Part shown: positions 61,960 through 64,000 of the stretch, one piece after another
Position numbering within the stretch: the stretch's first letter is position 1
Layout: the number at the start of each line of letters is the position of its first letter
NCBI GenBank assembly: GCA_963667465.2
Contig: CAXXDN010000001.1
Span: forward strand, 131,675 to 195,674
DNA from: Dehalococcoidia bacterium
GTDB lineage: Bacteria > Chloroflexota > Dehalococcoidia > UBA2979
Length of the DNA: 64,000 nt
Reading direction: 5' to 3'
Made by a program: the position numbers and the translations under genes
Notes under the pieces: model-generated
The model's input: the letters and a program-made list of their open reading frames with translations, nothing else
What the model was told of the DNA's origin: nothing
Database searches by the model: none

Positions 61960-64000
61960 CTAGCTGATCTCGGCCAGCGACTCCTCGAGGCCGCGCAGGC
62001 GCGAGGAGGCCGTCGCGAGGCGCTCCTCCTCGCGGGCGACAACGGCGGCCGGAGCGCGCGTGCGGAACTGCTCGTTCGCGAGCTTCGCGTCGAGCTTCCG
62101 AACCTCGTCCTGCGCCTCGCCGATCTGCTTGCCGAGCCGCGCGCGCTCAGCATCGAGGTCGAACAGGCCCGCCATCGGCAGCACCACGCGCCCGACCGGC
62201 AGCACGGCGGTCACGACGCCCTCGGACGGCGCATCCGAGGCGCCCGCCACCACATGCAGCGGGCGCACCCGCGCCAGCTGCCCGATCGCCGCCGCGAGGT
62301 CGCCGGCCGCCTCGGCCGCGCCGTCGGCGACGACGTAGGCCTCGACCCAGCGGCCAGCCTCGACACGCTTGGCGGCGCGCTCGTTGCGGATCGCGCGCAC
62401 GAAGTCCTGCACGGCGGCCAGGTCGCGCTCCGCGGCCTCGTCGTGGCGGGCTGCGTCGGCCGCGGGGTAGCGCGCGACGATCAGCTGCGGCGCGCCCTCC
62501 GGGTCCGGGCGCGCCTCGGCGAGACGCTGCCAGATCTCCTCGGTAACGAAGGGCATGAAGGGATGCAGCAGCCGCAGCACGCGATCGAGGACGTGCGCCG
62601 CCACGGCGAGCGGGACGCCGTCGCCCTCGCGCACGCGCAGTTTTGCCAGCTCCAGGTACCAGTCGGCGAACTCGTCCCAGAAGAAGTCGCGCGTCTGGCG
62701 CAGCGCCTCGGCGAGCTGGTAGGAGCGCAGCAGCTCGTCGGCAAGCCCGACCGTGCGCTCCAGCCGCGAGAGCACCCAGCGGTCCTCGCGACGCAGCCGC
62801 GGGTCGCCTGCCGGCGGCAGCTCGAGGTCGGCGTCCGGCCCGGCGAGCGTGCGCACGAGGCGCGCGGCGTTCCAGAGCTTGTTCGCGAAGTTGCGGCCCG
62901 CCTCGAGGCGGTCGTCGGTGATGCGCTGGTCGTTGCCGGGGCTGGTGCCGGAGATCAGCGCGTAGCGCAGGGCGTCCGTGCCGTACTGCTCGATCACGCT
63001 GAGCGGGTCGACGACGTTGCCGAAGGACTTGGACATCTTGCGCCCGTCGGGCGCGCGCACGAGGCCGTGCAGGTAGACCGTCTCGAAGGGGATGTCGCCG
63101 CCCTCGAAGCCGCGCATGTTGTAGAGCGAGAGCATGATCATGCGCGCGACCCAGAAGAAGATGATGTCGTAGCCCGTCTCCATCACCTGCGTCGGGTAGA
63201 AGCGCGCGAGGTCCTCGGCGTCCTCGTCCGGCCAGCCGAGCGTCGAGTGCGGCCAGAGGCCCGACGAGAACCACGTATCGAGGGTGTCCTCGTCCTGGCG
63301 CAGCGGACCGCCGCAGGCGGGGCAGGCGTCGGGGTCCTCGACAGCGGCGGTCGTCTTGCCGCAATCCCCGGCGTCGCAGTACCAGACGGGGATGCGGTGG
63401 CCCCACCAGATCTGGCGGCTGATGCACCAGTCGCGGATGTTCTCCATCCAATGCAGGTAGGTGCGCTCGAAGCGCTTCGGCACGAACGCGATGCGCCCGT
63501 CACTCACGGCCGCGATGGCCGGCTCGGCGAGCGGCGCCACGTTCACCCACCACTGCTCCGAGACGATCGGCTCCACCACCGCGCCCGAGCGCTGCGAGTG
63601 CCCGACCGCGTGCGTGTAGGGCTCGATCTTCTCGATCAGCCCCTTCGCCTCGAGGTCCGCGACGACGCGGTCGCGCGCCTCGAAGCGGTCGATGCCCTCG
63701 TAGCGCCCGGCATGCTCGTTGAGCGTCCCGTCCGGCGCGAGGATGTTGATCGTCTCCAGCCCGTGGCGCTCGCCGATCTCGAAGTCGACCTGGTCGTGCC
63801 CGGGGGTCACCTTGAGCGCGCCGGAGCCCGCCTCGATCTCGATCGCCTCGTCGGCGATGACCGGGATCGCGCGGTCCGAGGTGGGCTCGAGCACCTTGCG
63901 CCCGATCAGATGGCGCCAGCGCTCGTCCTCGGGGTGCACCGCGACGGCGGTGTCGGCCGGGATCGTCTCCGGCCGTGTCGTCGCGATCACGATGTAGTCG
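61960..64000 (-). CDS. valS: valine--tRNA ligase, N-terminal part lies beyond the window edge
   Basis: Contains TTRPETIPADTAVAVHPED, KMSKS (GRKMSKSFGN), the anticodon-binding domain and a C-terminal coiled coil. The frame stays open to the window end. Confidence 0.93.
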   Translation of the reverse strand, partial: DYIVIATTRPETIPADTAVAVHPEDERWRHLIGRKVLEPTSDRAIPVIADEAIEIEAGSGALKVTPGHDQVDFEIGERHGLETINILAPDGTLNEHAGRYEGIDRFEARDRVVADLEAKGLIEKIEPYTHAVGHSQRSGAVVEPIVSEQWWVNVAPLAEPAIAAVSDGRIAFVPKRFERTYLHWMENIRDWCISRQIWWGHRIPVWYCDAGDCGKTTAAVEDPDACPACGGPLRQDEDTLDTWFSSGLWPHSTLGWPDEDAEDLARFYPTQVMETGYDIIFFWVARMIMLSLYNMRGFEGGDIPFETVYLHGLVRAPDGRKMSKSFGNVVDPLSVIEQYGTDALRYALISGTSPGNDQRITDDRLEAGRNFANKLWNAARLVRTLAGPDADLELPPAGDPRLRREDRWVLSRLERTVGLADELLRSYQLAEALRQTRDFFWDEFADWYLELAKLRVREGDGVPLAVAAHVLDRVLRLLHPFMPFVTEEIWQRLAEARPDPEGAPQLIVARYPAADAARHDEAAERDLAAVQDFVRAIRNERAAKRVEAGRWVEAYVVADGAAEAAGDLAAAIGQLARVRPLHVVAGASDAPSEGVVTAVLPVGRVVLPMAGLFDLDAERARLGKQIGEAQDEVRKLDAKLANEQFRTRAPAAVVAREEERLATASSRLRGLEESLAEIS

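Overview
Very GC-rich bacterial chromosomal segment (about two-thirds to 70% G+C by eye, not computed). It is densely packed with housekeeping genes, and I support about 60 CDS. Gene content and repeat style suggest a Chloroflexota/Thermomicrobia-like or deep actinobacterial organism; this is inference only.

Landmarks:
- rpoB-rpoC, ileS with an Ile T-box leader, valS (partial), rpsT, rimO, murJ and proB-proA.
- A split transketolase, two glutamine synthetases next to an orphan OmpR/GlnR-like regulator, and fhs.
- An 11-gene nuoABCDHIJKLMN operon without nuoEFG.
- Assorted oxidoreductases: two LLM-family enzymes, an SDR, a Zn-ADH and an AKR.

I recognised no rRNA, tRNA, CRISPR array, transposase or integrase.

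Accessory-looking material is limited:
- Two vapBC toxin-antitoxin pairs.
- Two short low-GC islets, each carrying a solitary DUF3800 gene. One is intact; the other is broken by a 19-bp near-duplication.
- A frameshifted DUF3574 lipoprotein remnant.
- A dispersed REP-like palindromic repeat family with 4 copies.

I did not find a convincing multi-gene novel system such as a defence island. The most interesting unexplained items are:
1. A 370-aa protein that fuses an archaeal-adenylate-kinase-like domain to a nucleoside-2-deoxyribosyltransferase-like domain and is translationally coupled (ATGA) to ileS.
2. Cys-rich mini-ORFs directly upstream of both LLM oxidoreductases. The second locus is bracketed by 27-bp direct repeats that carry a sequence complementary to the mini-ORF Shine-Dalgarno.
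3. A phased GAAAC/GTAAT pentamer array (exact 11-bp spacing) between the orphan regulator and glnA.
4. The two DUF3800 islets with flanking short direct repeats.

All homology statements come from reading the translated ORFs and recognising motifs. No database search was run.
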